Origin: an uncultured Verrucomicrobiae bacterium
GTDB lineage: Bacteria > Verrucomicrobiota > Verrucomicrobiia > Chthoniobacterales > UBA10450
DNA length: 64,000 nucleotides
Assembly: GCA_963756875.1 (NCBI GenBank)
Contig: CAVWPA010000003.1
Location: forward strand, 160,001 to 224,000
Direction: 5' to 3'
Shown: in pieces, positions 49,617 through 58,934 of the stretch
Layout of the letters: every line of letters begins with the position of its first letter
Position numbering within the stretch: the first letter of the stretch is position 1
Program-made: the position numbers and the translations under genes
The notes under the pieces: generated by a model
What the model saw: the letters and a program-made list of their open reading frames with translations, nothing else
Told to the model about the DNA's origin: nothing
The model's database searches: none

Positions 49617-49817
49617 TGGTAGGGACGGCGCGCTGCGCCGTCCGGACATCGCGGCGGGATGTCCCTACCAAATAATAAGACGCGACTCCGAAAGCGTTCG
49701 CGAGCAGACGGAGCGCGTCCCTCCAACGCAATCCCCTTACAAATCGGCAGGCGATGCGCCCGCCCTACAATCTGTTCGCGTTCAGTTGAACGTTGGACGT
49801 TGAACGTCGAACGTTTC
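49617..49817. repeat. Intergenic cluster of repeats (family A, GGAGGGAC-type with nested insert, heptamer GTTGAAC array)
   Basis: TGGTAGGGAC...GTCCCTACCA at 49617-49670. GACGCGACTCCGAAAGCGTTCGCGAGC...CCCTCCA at 49679-49725. gttgaac-gttggac-gttgaac-gtcgaac from 49786. Confidence 0.85.
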
Positions 49818-49819
49818 GT

Positions 49820-50659
49820 ATGACCGAGACTTGCCGGCGCGCGCTTCTAATCGCCGGCCATGGGTCGACCGTAAACCCGGACTCGAGCGCGCCGACCCTC
49901 GCGCAGGCTGCCGAGATCCGGCGCAGGAGCATTTTTGCCGAGGTGGGATGCGCGTTTTGGAAAGAGGAACCGAGCTTGCGTGACGCGGTTTTCGCGTTCG
50001 ATCCCGGAGCGATCGACGAAGTTTACGTTGTGCCGAATTTCATCAGTGAAGGCTATTTCACGCAAACTGTGATCCCGCGCGAGCTGGAATTGAGCGGCCG
50101 GATCACCAGGCGCCCAGGCGGGCAGGTCTGGAAATATTGCGAGCCGGCAGGAAACCATTCGCTCGTGACCGAATTGCTGATGCAGAGAGCGCGCGAAGTT
50201 GCGCCGGGCGTCGATCCGCGCGAAGCCACGCTCCTGATTGTTGCCCATGGCACAGACTTGAACGAAAACAGCGCGGTGGCGGCCAAGCGGGAGGCGCAAA
50301 AGATCCGGGAGCTTCGCCGCTATGCGGACGTGCTCAACGTTTACATGGAAGAGCGGCCGCTGGTCGCAGACTGGAGACAATTGACCAGCACGCCAAACGT
50401 GGTGGTCGTGCCGTTCTTCATTTCAGATGGCCTGCACAGCTATGAAGATATTCCTGTGCTGCTCGGAATCGCCAGCGAAGGATCGGCAGCGGCAAATCGC
50501 AATGCGCGCGGCGAAATCTTCCGGCAGAACCCGTACAAAATCGATAATCGTTCGCTGTTTTACGCGGGCGCCATAGGGACCGATCCGCGGTTCGCCGATC
50601 TCCTGATCGAACAGGCGAGAGCCTTTGATTCCAAAGAGAAGGTTATCAAGAAAAGTTGA
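49820..50659 (+). CDS. CbiX/SirB chelatase-fold protein
   Basis: IAGHGS, AFWKEEP, VVPNFISEGYF, VAHGT, VVPFFISDGLHSYEDIP. Confidence 0.88.
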   Translation: MTETCRRALLIAGHGSTVNPDSSAPTLAQAAEIRRRSIFAEVGCAFWKEEPSLRDAVFAFDPGAIDEVYVVPNFISEGYFTQTVIPRELELSGRITRRPGGQVWKYCEPAGNHSLVTELLMQRAREVAPGVDPREATLLIVAHGTDLNENSAVAAKREAQKIRELRRYADVLNVYMEERPLVADWRQLTSTPNVVVVPFFISDGLHSYEDIPVLLGIASEGSAAANRNARGEIFRQNPYKIDNRSLFYAGAIGTDPRFADLLIEQARAFDSKEKVIKKS

Positions 50660-50705
50660 AATCGCGCTCGCGCTCGTTTTCTTTTCCACGACATTAGCAT
50701 CCCTG

Positions 50706-51164
50706 ATGAAAGCCGAGACCTGCAAGAAGCTGCAAGAAATCGGAGCTTTCGCTCTTGCCGGCGGGTGCGCAAAAAAAAGTATGAAGCAGGTCGCGGAACT
50801 GATCCGCGCGGCACGCGATTATCGGTGGGTCGGCATTTACAAAATCACGAAGAAAGAATTCGTTATTCTGGCCGGCACCGGCGACGAGCCGCCGACCTAC
50901 CCACGCTTCCCGATTACGCAAGGACTGTGCGGGGCGGTGCTGGAATCAGGCAAACCAATCGTAGTGGGCGACGTGCACAAGGATCCGCGCTATCTCCCGA
51001 CCTTTCACACCACCCGCTCCGAGATCATCGTTCCGATGAGAAACGAGCACCGCCATATCCTTGGAATGATTAACGCCGAGAGTGACAAGGTGAACGCGTT
51101 TGGCGACGAAGACCGGCAATTCCTCGAACGCGCGGCCGGCCTGATTGCGCATTGCCTGGCGTAG
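50706..51164 (+). CDS. Stand-alone GAF domain protein (MsrC/fRMsr-like)
   Basis: YRWVGIY, GLCG, VGDVHKDPRYL, RSEIIVP. Confidence 0.85.
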   Translation: MKAETCKKLQEIGAFALAGGCAKKSMKQVAELIRAARDYRWVGIYKITKKEFVILAGTGDEPPTYPRFPITQGLCGAVLESGKPIVVGDVHKDPRYLPTFHTTRSEIIVPMRNEHRHILGMINAESDKVNAFGDEDRQFLERAAGLIAHCLA

Positions 51165-51181
51165 TCGATCGCAACAGCGCG

Positions 51182-51883
51182 ATGCCCGATTCCATCGAGC
51201 GATGTCTCGAAACAGCCCTGGCTGATTCGCTGCGGTTCGGTCAAATCCAAATACGGAAAGCGAACGGCTCGTTCGTTCTTTGTCATCGCGGCGATGAAGG
51301 CCGCAGCGATTTGCAGATTTTTCGAACTCCGGAAGACGCCGTTGAAATTGCGCGCTACGACGATGAAGGAAATTACCGTCCATTAAAGACCGCGCCGAAT
51401 CTGCGGCATGGCTGGCGATTGGAGATTGTCGATTCGGCCGCTCTACGCCGCGCACTGGACTACTTTTATCCCGGCAGACTGGCCATGTTTGCGGCCTGGC
51501 AGGAAAATCGTCTGCCCGTAACGCCGCTTCGCCAGACTTTGGATCGGCAATCCGGGATGTACCGCGTCGCCGCCAGCATTTCTGACAAGCAAATCGACGA
51601 CGTCGTCGAAACATTCTGCCGGTCGAACGGCGGCTGTCTGCGCACGATCCTGTGGAGACGCGACGAACAGGGCACCATGGCATCGACGAAGTTGCCGCCG
51701 GAGAAATTCGACCCGGCGTTCGATCAAACCAAAGCCCTGCATGGACCGCGGGCAGCAACTCCGAAAGCCTTCGCGGGCGAGGCCGCGGCTACAGCGATCC
51801 CGCTGCTTTGCCAGGAAGCGTGCAATTTGCTCGTGGCGGAATGTCGCAAAGTGGTGAAGGGCGAAACCTCGTCCAGCCTGTAG
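51182..51883 (+). CDS. DR2241-family protein (putative Fe-S)
   Basis: YRPLKTAPNLRHGW, RQSGMYR, C..GGCLRTILW, CQEACNLLV. Near a CbiX-like gene, as recalled for this family. Confidence 0.8.
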   Translation: MPDSIERCLETALADSLRFGQIQIRKANGSFVLCHRGDEGRSDLQIFRTPEDAVEIARYDDEGNYRPLKTAPNLRHGWRLEIVDSAALRRALDYFYPGRLAMFAAWQENRLPVTPLRQTLDRQSGMYRVAASISDKQIDDVVETFCRSNGGCLRTILWRRDEQGTMASTKLPPEKFDPAFDQTKALHGPRAATPKAFAGEAAATAIPLLCQEACNLLVAECRKVVKGETSSSL

Positions 51884-51981
51884 CGGCGCTCTGCCCGTCC
51901 GGCCGTAGCCATCGCGAAGGCGGATGAGCGTCGCATTCTTTGGTCCCAACAATTTGCGACGGTCATAGACCGCCGCTACAG
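51878..51981. repeat. GTAG-type element with 11-bp terminal inverted repeats and a nested insert
   Basis: CTGTAGCGGCG...CGCCGCTACAG. Related copy at 63382-63552. Confidence 0.8.
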
Positions 51982-51988
51982 CAGGAAA

Positions 51989-53224
51989 ATGATTGTTCGC
52001 GCGCGCGTTGTGGTCACGATGGATGGGCCGCCGATTAAAAATGGCGCGGTGGCGATCTCGGGGAATCGAATTGTCAATGTTGGAACGTTCCCGGAAATCA
52101 AAGCGCGGCATTCCGGGGAAGAGATTCTCGATCTGGGCGAGCAGATGCTGCTGCCGGGATTGATCAACGCGCACTGTCATCTCGATTACACCTGTTTGCG
52201 CGGCAGGATCCCATTGCCAAAATCGTTCGCCGATTGGGTACGCGCCATCAATTCAGAGAAGGCGGGGCTTTCGGGAGAAGACTACGTCGCCTCGATCAAC
52301 GCAGGCTTTGCCGAGGCGAAACGCTTTGGAAGCACGACGGTGGCAAACCTGACGGCGTTTCCGGAACTGGCAGCAAAAGTTCGCGCGCCGATCCGGACCT
52401 GGTGGTTCGCAGAATTGATCGATGTGCGGAATCCCGAACGCCCAAATGAGATCGTCGATCTTGCACTCGAGTCTTTAAAAATCGCCGAGCGCCGGGGACT
52501 TGCGCCGCATGCGCTGTTCACCGCTTCGTCAAATCTGTTTCGGCGCTGCGAAGAAGTTGCCCGCGAGAAAAATGTTTTGCTGACCACGCACCTCGCGGAA
52601 TCACGCGAAGAGATGTCTATGTTTCGCGATGCAGCGGGACCGCTTTACGAATTCCTGAAGGGAATCGGGCGGGATATGAGCGACTGTGGTCATGGAACCC
52701 CACTCAAAGAATTCGTCGGACGCCTTCGCCACGGCGAATCTTTGATCGGAGAGACGTCCCTACCTGGTAATTGGATTGTCGCGCATCTAAACGAGCTTGC
52801 GGAAAGCGATTTCGATTTGCTGGCACGATCTTCGGCCAAATTTCACATCGTGCATTGCCCTCGCAGCCATGAATATTTCGGTCATTCCCGGTTTCAGTTC
52901 GAAGGATTGCGGCAGCTTGGATTCAACATTTGTCTGGGGACCGACAGCCTCGCGAGTAACGACGACCTGAGTTTGTTCGCCGAGATGCGCGCGTTCCAAC
53001 AAGCGTTTCCAGGCGTTTCACCCGAAGAGATTTTCAAAATGGTCACGGCAAACTCCGCGTATGCGCTGGGACAAGAAAATACGCTGGGCAAAATTCGCCC
53101 CGGATTTTGTGCCGACTTGATCGCGATCCCGTGCGCGGGAGCAGCCGCGCCGAATCACGTTTTTGAGGAAATCCTGGCATTCGACCGGCCCGTCGACTGG
53201 ATGCTCGCCGACGGGCACGAATGA
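51989..53224 (+). CDS. Amidohydrolase family protein (nucleoside/futalosine deaminase-like)
   Basis: PGLINAHCHLD, APHA, THLAES, HCPRS, LGTDSLASN, ADLIAI. Confidence 0.9.
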   Translation: MIVRARVVVTMDGPPIKNGAVAISGNRIVNVGTFPEIKARHSGEEILDLGEQMLLPGLINAHCHLDYTCLRGRIPLPKSFADWVRAINSEKAGLSGEDYVASINAGFAEAKRFGSTTVANLTAFPELAAKVRAPIRTWWFAELIDVRNPERPNEIVDLALESLKIAERRGLAPHALFTASSNLFRRCEEVAREKNVLLTTHLAESREEMSMFRDAAGPLYEFLKGIGRDMSDCGHGTPLKEFVGRLRHGESLIGETSLPGNWIVAHLNELAESDFDLLARSSAKFHIVHCPRSHEYFGHSRFQFEGLRQLGFNICLGTDSLASNDDLSLFAEMRAFQQAFPGVSPEEIFKMVTANSAYALGQENTLGKIRPGFCADLIAIPCAGAAAPNHVFEEILAFDRPVDWMLADGHE

Positions 53225-53369
53225 TTCGCACCAAAGAGAACCTGCCAAAAGACGCCAGAAACGCGAAAGATTCAGGGCCGGAAGTCAGGAGGGCAAAACG
53301 GCCATTTGAGAATTTCTCATTTCCGCTTTCTTTTTCTCAAAAGTGAAATATTCTCCGCGCTGAGATTTC

Positions 53370-54737
53370 ATGGCGAAAATAGTAATTATCGATGACGAGC
53401 CGGCCATGGTGGAGGTGATCGTGACGCTTTGTCGCGAGAAGGGACACCAGGTTTTTCCTTTCAATTCCGCGCCGAAAGCAGTCGAGCAGCTCGATGGCAT
53501 CGCGCCACAAGTAGTAGTCGCCGATATCAAGATGGAGACGATGACCGGGTTCGATGTTTTGCGGCACGTGCGGGAGCATCACCGGCAGACAGCGGTGATT
53601 TTGATCACGGCCTACGGCTCGGTGGAGACGGCGGTCGAGGCGATGAAGATGGGCGCCTACGATTATGTGACCAAGCCGTTCAAGATCGACGAGCTGCAAC
53701 TGACGATACAGCGCGCGCTCGATTATCAGGCAGCGCTGCGTGAGAACGTTTATCTCCGCAAGGAACTCAAGAACCGCTACCGCTTCGAGAATATCATCGG
53801 GACGAGCGCGACCATGCAGAACGTTTACAATTTGATCAACAAGGTCGCGGACACGGATAGCACCGTGCTTATCGTCGGCGAAAGCGGCACAGGCAAGGAG
53901 CTCGTCGCGCGCGGCCTGCATTTCAACAGCAACCGCCAGCATCATCCGTTCGTCGCCATCAATTGCAGCGCGTTGCCCGAGAATTTGCTCGAGTCGGAGT
54001 TATTCGGTCACAAAAAAGGCGCCTTCACTGGAGCGGTCGCGGACAAGCGCGGTCTGTTCGAGGAAGCAAATCTCGGAACGATCTTTCTCGACGAAGTCAA
54101 TTCGATGGCGCCGCCGTTGCAGACCAAGCTGCTGCGCGTTCTCCAGGAGCGCGAGGTGCGGCGCGTGGGTGACAACAAAAGTTCGCCCGTGAACGTGCGG
54201 GTCGTGGGCGCGACGAACGAGCCCCTGGTGCCCAAACTCAAGGATGGCACGTTTCGCGAAGACCTTTATTACCGGCTCGCGGTCATCCCGATTGAGATCC
54301 CGCCGTTGCGCGAGCGTCTCGAAGACGTGCCGCTGCTGGTAAATCACTTCCTGCAAAAACAAGCCAGTGCGAGTGGGGGGGAGCCAAAAAAGATCGATCC
54401 GCAGGGGGTGGATATTCTGTGTCACTACGATTATCCCGGAAATGTGCGAGAGCTCGAGAACGCGATCGAGCGCGCATGTGCCTTGTGCGAAGACAACATG
54501 ATTTTGCCGAGCGATTTGCCGCCGCACATCGTGGCCGCAGCGAAGGGCGAGAAGGCCGATCATGTGAAAGCGGCGATGCCGGTGGGAGAGACACTCGATG
54601 ACTTCATCCAGCAACAGGAACGCAGCTACATCGAGGCGACTCTCAAGCAATGCGGTGGCTCGCGCGAAAAAGCGGCGAGCATGCTCGGTATCAGCATGGC
54701 CACGCTTTATCGCAAAGTAGAGCCAAAGAAGAAGTAA
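53370..54737 (+). CDS. Sigma54-dependent Fis-family response regulator (NtrC/AtoC-like)
   Basis: Receiver domain (IIDDE, ADIKM, KPF), GESGTGKE, GAFTGA, PGNVRELEN, HTH LGISMATLYRK. Confidence 0.95.
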   Translation: MAKIVIIDDEPAMVEVIVTLCREKGHQVFPFNSAPKAVEQLDGIAPQVVVADIKMETMTGFDVLRHVREHHRQTAVILITAYGSVETAVEAMKMGAYDYVTKPFKIDELQLTIQRALDYQAALRENVYLRKELKNRYRFENIIGTSATMQNVYNLINKVADTDSTVLIVGESGTGKELVARGLHFNSNRQHHPFVAINCSALPENLLESELFGHKKGAFTGAVADKRGLFEEANLGTIFLDEVNSMAPPLQTKLLRVLQEREVRRVGDNKSSPVNVRVVGATNEPLVPKLKDGTFREDLYYRLAVIPIEIPPLRERLEDVPLLVNHFLQKQASASGGEPKKIDPQGVDILCHYDYPGNVRELENAIERACALCEDNMILPSDLPPHIVAAAKGEKADHVKAAMPVGETLDDFIQQQERSYIEATLKQCGGSREKAASMLGISMATLYRKVEPKKK

Positions 54738-54879
54738 CGCCTGCGGCGAGCGCCGCCGGAAGTTCCAAATCCCAAACTCCAAGCACCAGGGAATATTCGA
54801 TCACGAGATTCCAAAACCGGTGGGAACTCTCAACTAAAGGCGGCTTGCTGGCCGTTCTAAGAACTCTCAACTTATCGGA

Positions 54880-55653
54880 ATGAAGCCCTCGCACAAAAAG
54901 TCTCCCAGCACGCGCGAAATGGAGCGGATCAACTGGCTGGAGTTTCGCGAATGGGTGCCGGCAAAAATTGATACCGTTCTCCTGCCGCTGGGAACACTGG
55001 AGGCCCACGGCGTGACCGCGAATGGCACCGACATCATCGCTCCCGTCGCCATGGCGCGCGAAATCGCGCCGCGCGTGAACGCGATGATCGCGCCGGTCAT
55101 TCCCTACGGCTTCACCGGTATCCTGGATGCGTATCCCGGCGGGTTCACCATTCCCGAAGCGACTTATCGTGCTTATACGCGAGCGGTTTTGGCCGGTCTC
55201 GCGAAGAACAAGTTCAAAAACATCATCATGTTAAACGGACACGGCGGCGGCCAAACAGCGATCCTGAGCGCGCTGGCGCAGGAAGTGGGACGCGAAACCG
55301 GAACGCGCGTTCTTGCCGTAAACTGGTGGTCGTATTGCAGCGATATCTGCCAGGAAGTTTTCGATGAGGATGGCGGCCACGCCGGCAACACCGAGACCGC
55401 GTACATGCTGGCAGTCGATCCGGCGCTCGTGAATGAAAAACGGTACACCGGGCCGGAAATGGCCACCGCGATTCCGGCGCCAAATACCTGGAACGCCTAT
55501 CCGTTTCCGTCGAGCATCATCCTTTACAAGGAGGGCCAGGGATATCCGAAGTTCGATCTCGCCAAAGCGAAGGTCTATTTCAAGAAAGTAAACGACAAGA
55601 TGGCGCGCCTGATTGGTGACACCATCGAGAAATGGGACCTGGCAGAATTGTGA
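54880..55653 (+). CDS. Creatininase family amidohydrolase
   Basis: PLGTLEAHG, NGTD, NGHGG, HAGNTET. Confidence 0.9.
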   Translation: MKPSHKKSPSTREMERINWLEFREWVPAKIDTVLLPLGTLEAHGVTANGTDIIAPVAMAREIAPRVNAMIAPVIPYGFTGILDAYPGGFTIPEATYRAYTRAVLAGLAKNKFKNIIMLNGHGGGQTAILSALAQEVGRETGTRVLAVNWWSYCSDICQEVFDEDGGHAGNTETAYMLAVDPALVNEKRYTGPEMATAIPAPNTWNAYPFPSSIILYKEGQGYPKFDLAKAKVYFKKVNDKMARLIGDTIEKWDLAEL

Positions 55654-55656
55654 AAA

Positions 55657-55772
55657 TGGAGGGACGACCTCCGCCTGCCGAGCCGTAGCCTTGGCGAAGG
55701 CTGGTGTCGTCCCAAGAATTAATGGGACGCGACTCCGAAAGCGTTCGCGAGCGGGCGGCGCGCATCCCTCCA
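55657..55772. repeat. TGGAGGGA...TCCCTCCA palindromic element with two nested inserts
   Basis: Inverted termini. The inserts CGTAGCCTTGGCGAAGGC and ACTCCGAAAGCGTTCGCGAGC both recur elsewhere in the window. Confidence 0.8.
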
Positions 55773-55782
55773 ATAAAATCTT

Positions 55783-56082
55783 TTAACCGCGCTTGCTGAA
55801 GATCTTCAGCTGCTCGGCCGCCTGCCTCAGCTCGTCGAGCTGTTGCAAAGTTGCTTCCTGTTTTTTCAACAGCTCTGCATTGGCCGCTTTCATTTGCTCG
55901 AGCAACTCAATGGCGGCCTGAAGGGAAGTCGGATCTTGTGCCGGTGATGGGGTAGCCTTTTCCGCAACCGGCGCGCTGGAAGCAGCCTCAACCACGACCG
56001 GAGCCGGCGATTGTGCACGACCCACGTTAGGCGCAAGGAACAACGCCATGGCAAGTAAAAGAAATTTCGACGCGCGCATCAT
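55783..56082 (-). CDS. Small exported coiled-coil protein
   Basis: Signal peptide, heptad helix, ends LKIFSKRG. Confidence 0.75.
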   Translation of the reverse strand: MMRASKFLLLAMALFLAPNVGRAQSPAPVVVEAASSAPVAEKATPSPAQDPTSLQAAIELLEQMKAANAELLKKQEATLQQLDELRQAAEQLKIFSKRG

Positions 56083-56309
56083 CGGCTCCTTTTCGAAAAG
56101 ATTCGCGCCTCATTAATGGTTCCCGCCAGGTCGGCGAGTTTGCTGTCGATCTTGGCCTGGTTGGCAATGAGTTGCGCTTGTTGCGTCTGCACTTCCTTCA
56201 GGAGCGCGAGCAGTTGCTGTTGGTCCCCCGCGGCCGGCGTCTGGGCGACACTGGAAGAGACAACAAGCAGGGTCACGGACAGCAGAATCGAAAAGGCAAT
56301 TCGTCTCAT
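56079..56309 (-). CDS. Small exported coiled-coil protein (paralog of its neighbour)
   Basis: Signal peptide MRRIAFSILL..SVA, heptad helix, ends ARIFSKRSR. ATGA overlap. Confidence 0.75.
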   Translation of the reverse strand: MRRIAFSILLSVTLLVVSSSVAQTPAAGDQQQLLALLKEVQTQQAQLIANQAKIDSKLADLAGTINEARIFSKRSR

Positions 56310-56634
56310 TTGCGGATGGATCAATCGGTAGCAAGTCGCGTTCCGCCATCGCCTGCTAAGCCTGGTTACTCTCGCGGGGAAGGGAACCGATTCTTGATGG
56401 CTTCCAAAACAAATCTCTCCCTTATCCGCCTGACGAGCTTGAAATCCGTGTCGGATCGCGGTTCATCGACGACTGACAGGGCACGCGGCTGCACACGCGG
56501 CGCTGTGCGCCGTCCGAGACGTCTCCAGGTGATGCGAACGCCCCACAGGGACGTGGCTACAATATCCTTGTTCCCGCTTGAGCATTAAGCGTTTAGCGCT
56601 TTCAGTGCTTTATCGGCCGCCTGGTCGATAATTG

Positions 56635-57345
56635 ATGCTCTCATTCATCGTTCCAGCTTATAATGAAGAGTTGGAGCTCCCAGCAACGATCGCCGCCGTT
56701 CACGCTGCCGCTGAAAGCGCACACCGCCCCTACGAGATCCTCGTGGTAGATGACGCTTCCACGGATGCCACCGCCGAAGTTGCGACAGATTGCGGCGCGC
56801 AGGTGGTATCGATCAATCGCCGGCAAATTGCCGCGTCGCGTAACGCCGGCGCGCGCGTTGCCCGCGGCGACGTTCTCTTCTTCGTCGATGCCGACACGCG
56901 CATCGCGCCGAGCCATGTTGCTGGCGCAATCGCATTGTTGAAAGGAGGCTGCGCAGGTGGTGGCGCGCGGGTCGCCGTTGGCGGCACAATCCCACTCTGG
57001 GCGCGAATATTCACCAAGGTGTTCTGCACGATTTATTTCGGCCTGAACCTCGGGGCCGGCGCCTTTCTTTTCACGACCCGCGAAAACTTCGAGGCGATCG
57101 GCGGATTCGATGAGACGCTTTTTATCGGGGAAGAAATTTACTTCAGTCGAGCGTTGAAAACGCTTGGACGATTCAAAATTTTACGCGAACCGATCGTTAC
57201 CTCCGGCCGGAAACTGCGAATGTATTCGGCGCGAGAGATCCTTTCGCGCTCCTTTGCCATTATTATTCGCGGAACACGCGGCGCCCGCTCGCGTGATAAC
57301 CTCGATCTTTGGTACAACGGCAAACGCGAGGACCGGGCCGTCTGA
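56635..57345 (+). CDS. Glycosyltransferase family 2
   Basis: SFIVPAYNEE, VVDDASTD, RNAGA, FVDADT, IGGFDE, TSGRK. Confidence 0.92.
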   Translation: MLSFIVPAYNEELELPATIAAVHAAAESAHRPYEILVVDDASTDATAEVATDCGAQVVSINRRQIAASRNAGARVARGDVLFFVDADTRIAPSHVAGAIALLKGGCAGGGARVAVGGTIPLWARIFTKVFCTIYFGLNLGAGAFLFTTRENFEAIGGFDETLFIGEEIYFSRALKTLGRFKILREPIVTSGRKLRMYSAREILSRSFAIIIRGTRGARSRDNLDLWYNGKREDRAV

Positions 57346-57429
57346 ATCTGAATTGAGGTTGAAGCCCGACATCCGGTGATCCGTATTGCGATCAAGAAGT
57401 TTTGCGCGGGAGTCGCTCACGGCTTGTCG

Positions 57430-57807
57430 TGCTGCGCGCGAGACGTCTGGAACATGCTTCGGCCGGTCGCCGGGGTCTTTCTCTGGTCGCGCGCCGCAAT
57501 CTGGGCGGTAGCGCCGTTCGCCCTGCTCGCGTTTGAGCCGAACCGATCGCTCTCGCCGGTTGCTCTTCGCTCGATAAATCCGGCGCTGACGCACGACCTG
57601 GGGTACTGGACGGATGTCTGGGCCCACTGGGACAGTGTCTGGTTCCTCCAGATCGCGCACAGTGGATAACGCTGGCGTCGTTCGCGCTGCTCTACCGAAT
57701 CGCAGAGGAACTGATCGGCCAGGAAGGTGCGCACCGGGCCGTCGTCTGCCTGGCCATTTCCCCCATGGCAGAGTTTTTTTGCGGCGCTTTTGCTTCAGTG
57801 AGCTAGC
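57430..57807 (+). pseudogene. Remnant of a membrane mannosyltransferase (PIG-V/GT-C-like)
   Basis: VWAHWDSVWFLQIAHSG* followed, in another frame, by LASFALLYRIAEELIGQEGAHRAVVCLAISPMA. The intervening and C-terminal parts are missing. Confidence 0.6.
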
Positions 57808-57817
57808 CTGACTTCGT

Positions 57818-58714
57818 GTGAACCTCTTCGTCCAGGGAATGCGCCGGTCAGGAACGACGATTCTCTACAACGCTCTGCAGGCCGACCCACGTCTCAATTG
57901 CTTCTACGAACCGCTGCGGGAAGAGAACGTGTCTGAGGGTGGTGGAAGCGGGGCCCGCGAGGGCGATGCGTTCGCCGAGACGCGCGCGCTGCGAACCGCG
58001 TTTCGCGACGCGCATTACCCGGACCTCCCGATCGAGGAGTTCAATTGGGGCGGCCCTCGCAATCCACCGCTCGAACTGGAGGCCAGGCTGCCGGCTCACT
58101 GTCGCGAGTTCCTCGCCTCACTGTTGGAACGGTCGCCGACAGCAATCAAGGAAACACGCCTCTGGTCGAAGGTGCCCGTTCTGGCCGGGCTCGATCCTCA
58201 GACAGCGTTTATCCACGTGGTACGCGACCCGCGCGCCGTCGTTGCCTCGATCATCCTCGGGCGCGGCCAGCGCCGCCGCGAAGAGTTCCCCACCGCCGAT
58301 AGCTTCTTCGCGGATCGAAAGAATCGTAAGCTTTGGTCCAGCCGCTCGATCTCAAGCGAGCTGATCCGCACCGAGGGCCTCGACGTGAAGGACCCATCCA
58401 ATGTCGAGCGCGTCCTGATCGTCTGGCGGGCAACCTTCGAGCGGACGCGGCGCGACGGCCTGGCCCACTTCCATAACCGTTACGTGCTGGTTCGCAACGA
58501 GGACTTGCGCGCCGATCCGGCCGCCGCGCTCGGCGCCGTCTATGCGGTGCTTGGGCGCGAGGTCCCGGACGAGGTAAATGTGTGGGCCGCGGCGAACGTG
58601 AACCCTCCCTCGGAACCCTATGAGGCGAACGACCCCCGCTGGCTTAAGGCACTCGAAACCGCGCGCGCCGTCCACGCGGTAAAGGATGCCGGCTACATGG
58701 ATCGTTATCTATAG
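57818..58714 (+). CDS. Sulfotransferase family protein
   Basis: GMRRSGTTIL (5'-PSB), FYEP, IHVVRDPRAVVAS (3'-PB), VRNEDLRADP. Confidence 0.88.
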   Translation: MNLFVQGMRRSGTTILYNALQADPRLNCFYEPLREENVSEGGGSGAREGDAFAETRALRTAFRDAHYPDLPIEEFNWGGPRNPPLELEARLPAHCREFLASLLERSPTAIKETRLWSKVPVLAGLDPQTAFIHVVRDPRAVVASIILGRGQRRREEFPTADSFFADRKNRKLWSSRSISSELIRTEGLDVKDPSNVERVLIVWRATFERTRRDGLAHFHNRYVLVRNEDLRADPAAALGAVYAVLGREVPDEVNVWAAANVNPPSEPYEANDPRWLKALETARAVHAVKDAGYMDRYL

Positions 58715-58716
58715 CC

Positions 58717-58771
58717 GGTAAGGGACATCTCTCCGATCAAAGATTCGCCGTCGCGAAGATGTCCGACGAAT
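58717..58771. repeat. Family A variant, intergenic copy of the insert in the amidohydrolase
   Basis: Reverse complement matches 52711-52764 with 4 substitutions and 1 indel. Confidence 0.9.
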
Positions 58772-58934
58772 GCCAAATCCGCACCGACAGGCGTCTCGCC
58801 CACACTATCTTCCCGCTTGAGCCCGATGCGTTTCGCGTTTTCAGTGCGTCGCCGGCTGTGTGAGCCTCGCTTGATCGGGTCCTTCAACTGATGCCGATCT
58901 CTTGTTATAATGGTAATCGCGAGACAAAATCGAC

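Noticed and set aside
49617..49817. SAH/SAM riboswitch or tRNA after ahcY
   Set aside because: The hairpins match the dispersed repeat families, and there are no riboswitch or tRNA consensus features.
53307..53347. TGAGAATTTCTCA palindrome upstream of the sigma54 regulator
   Set aside because: Could be an autoregulatory site, but it is too short to support and no -24/-12 promoter was identified.
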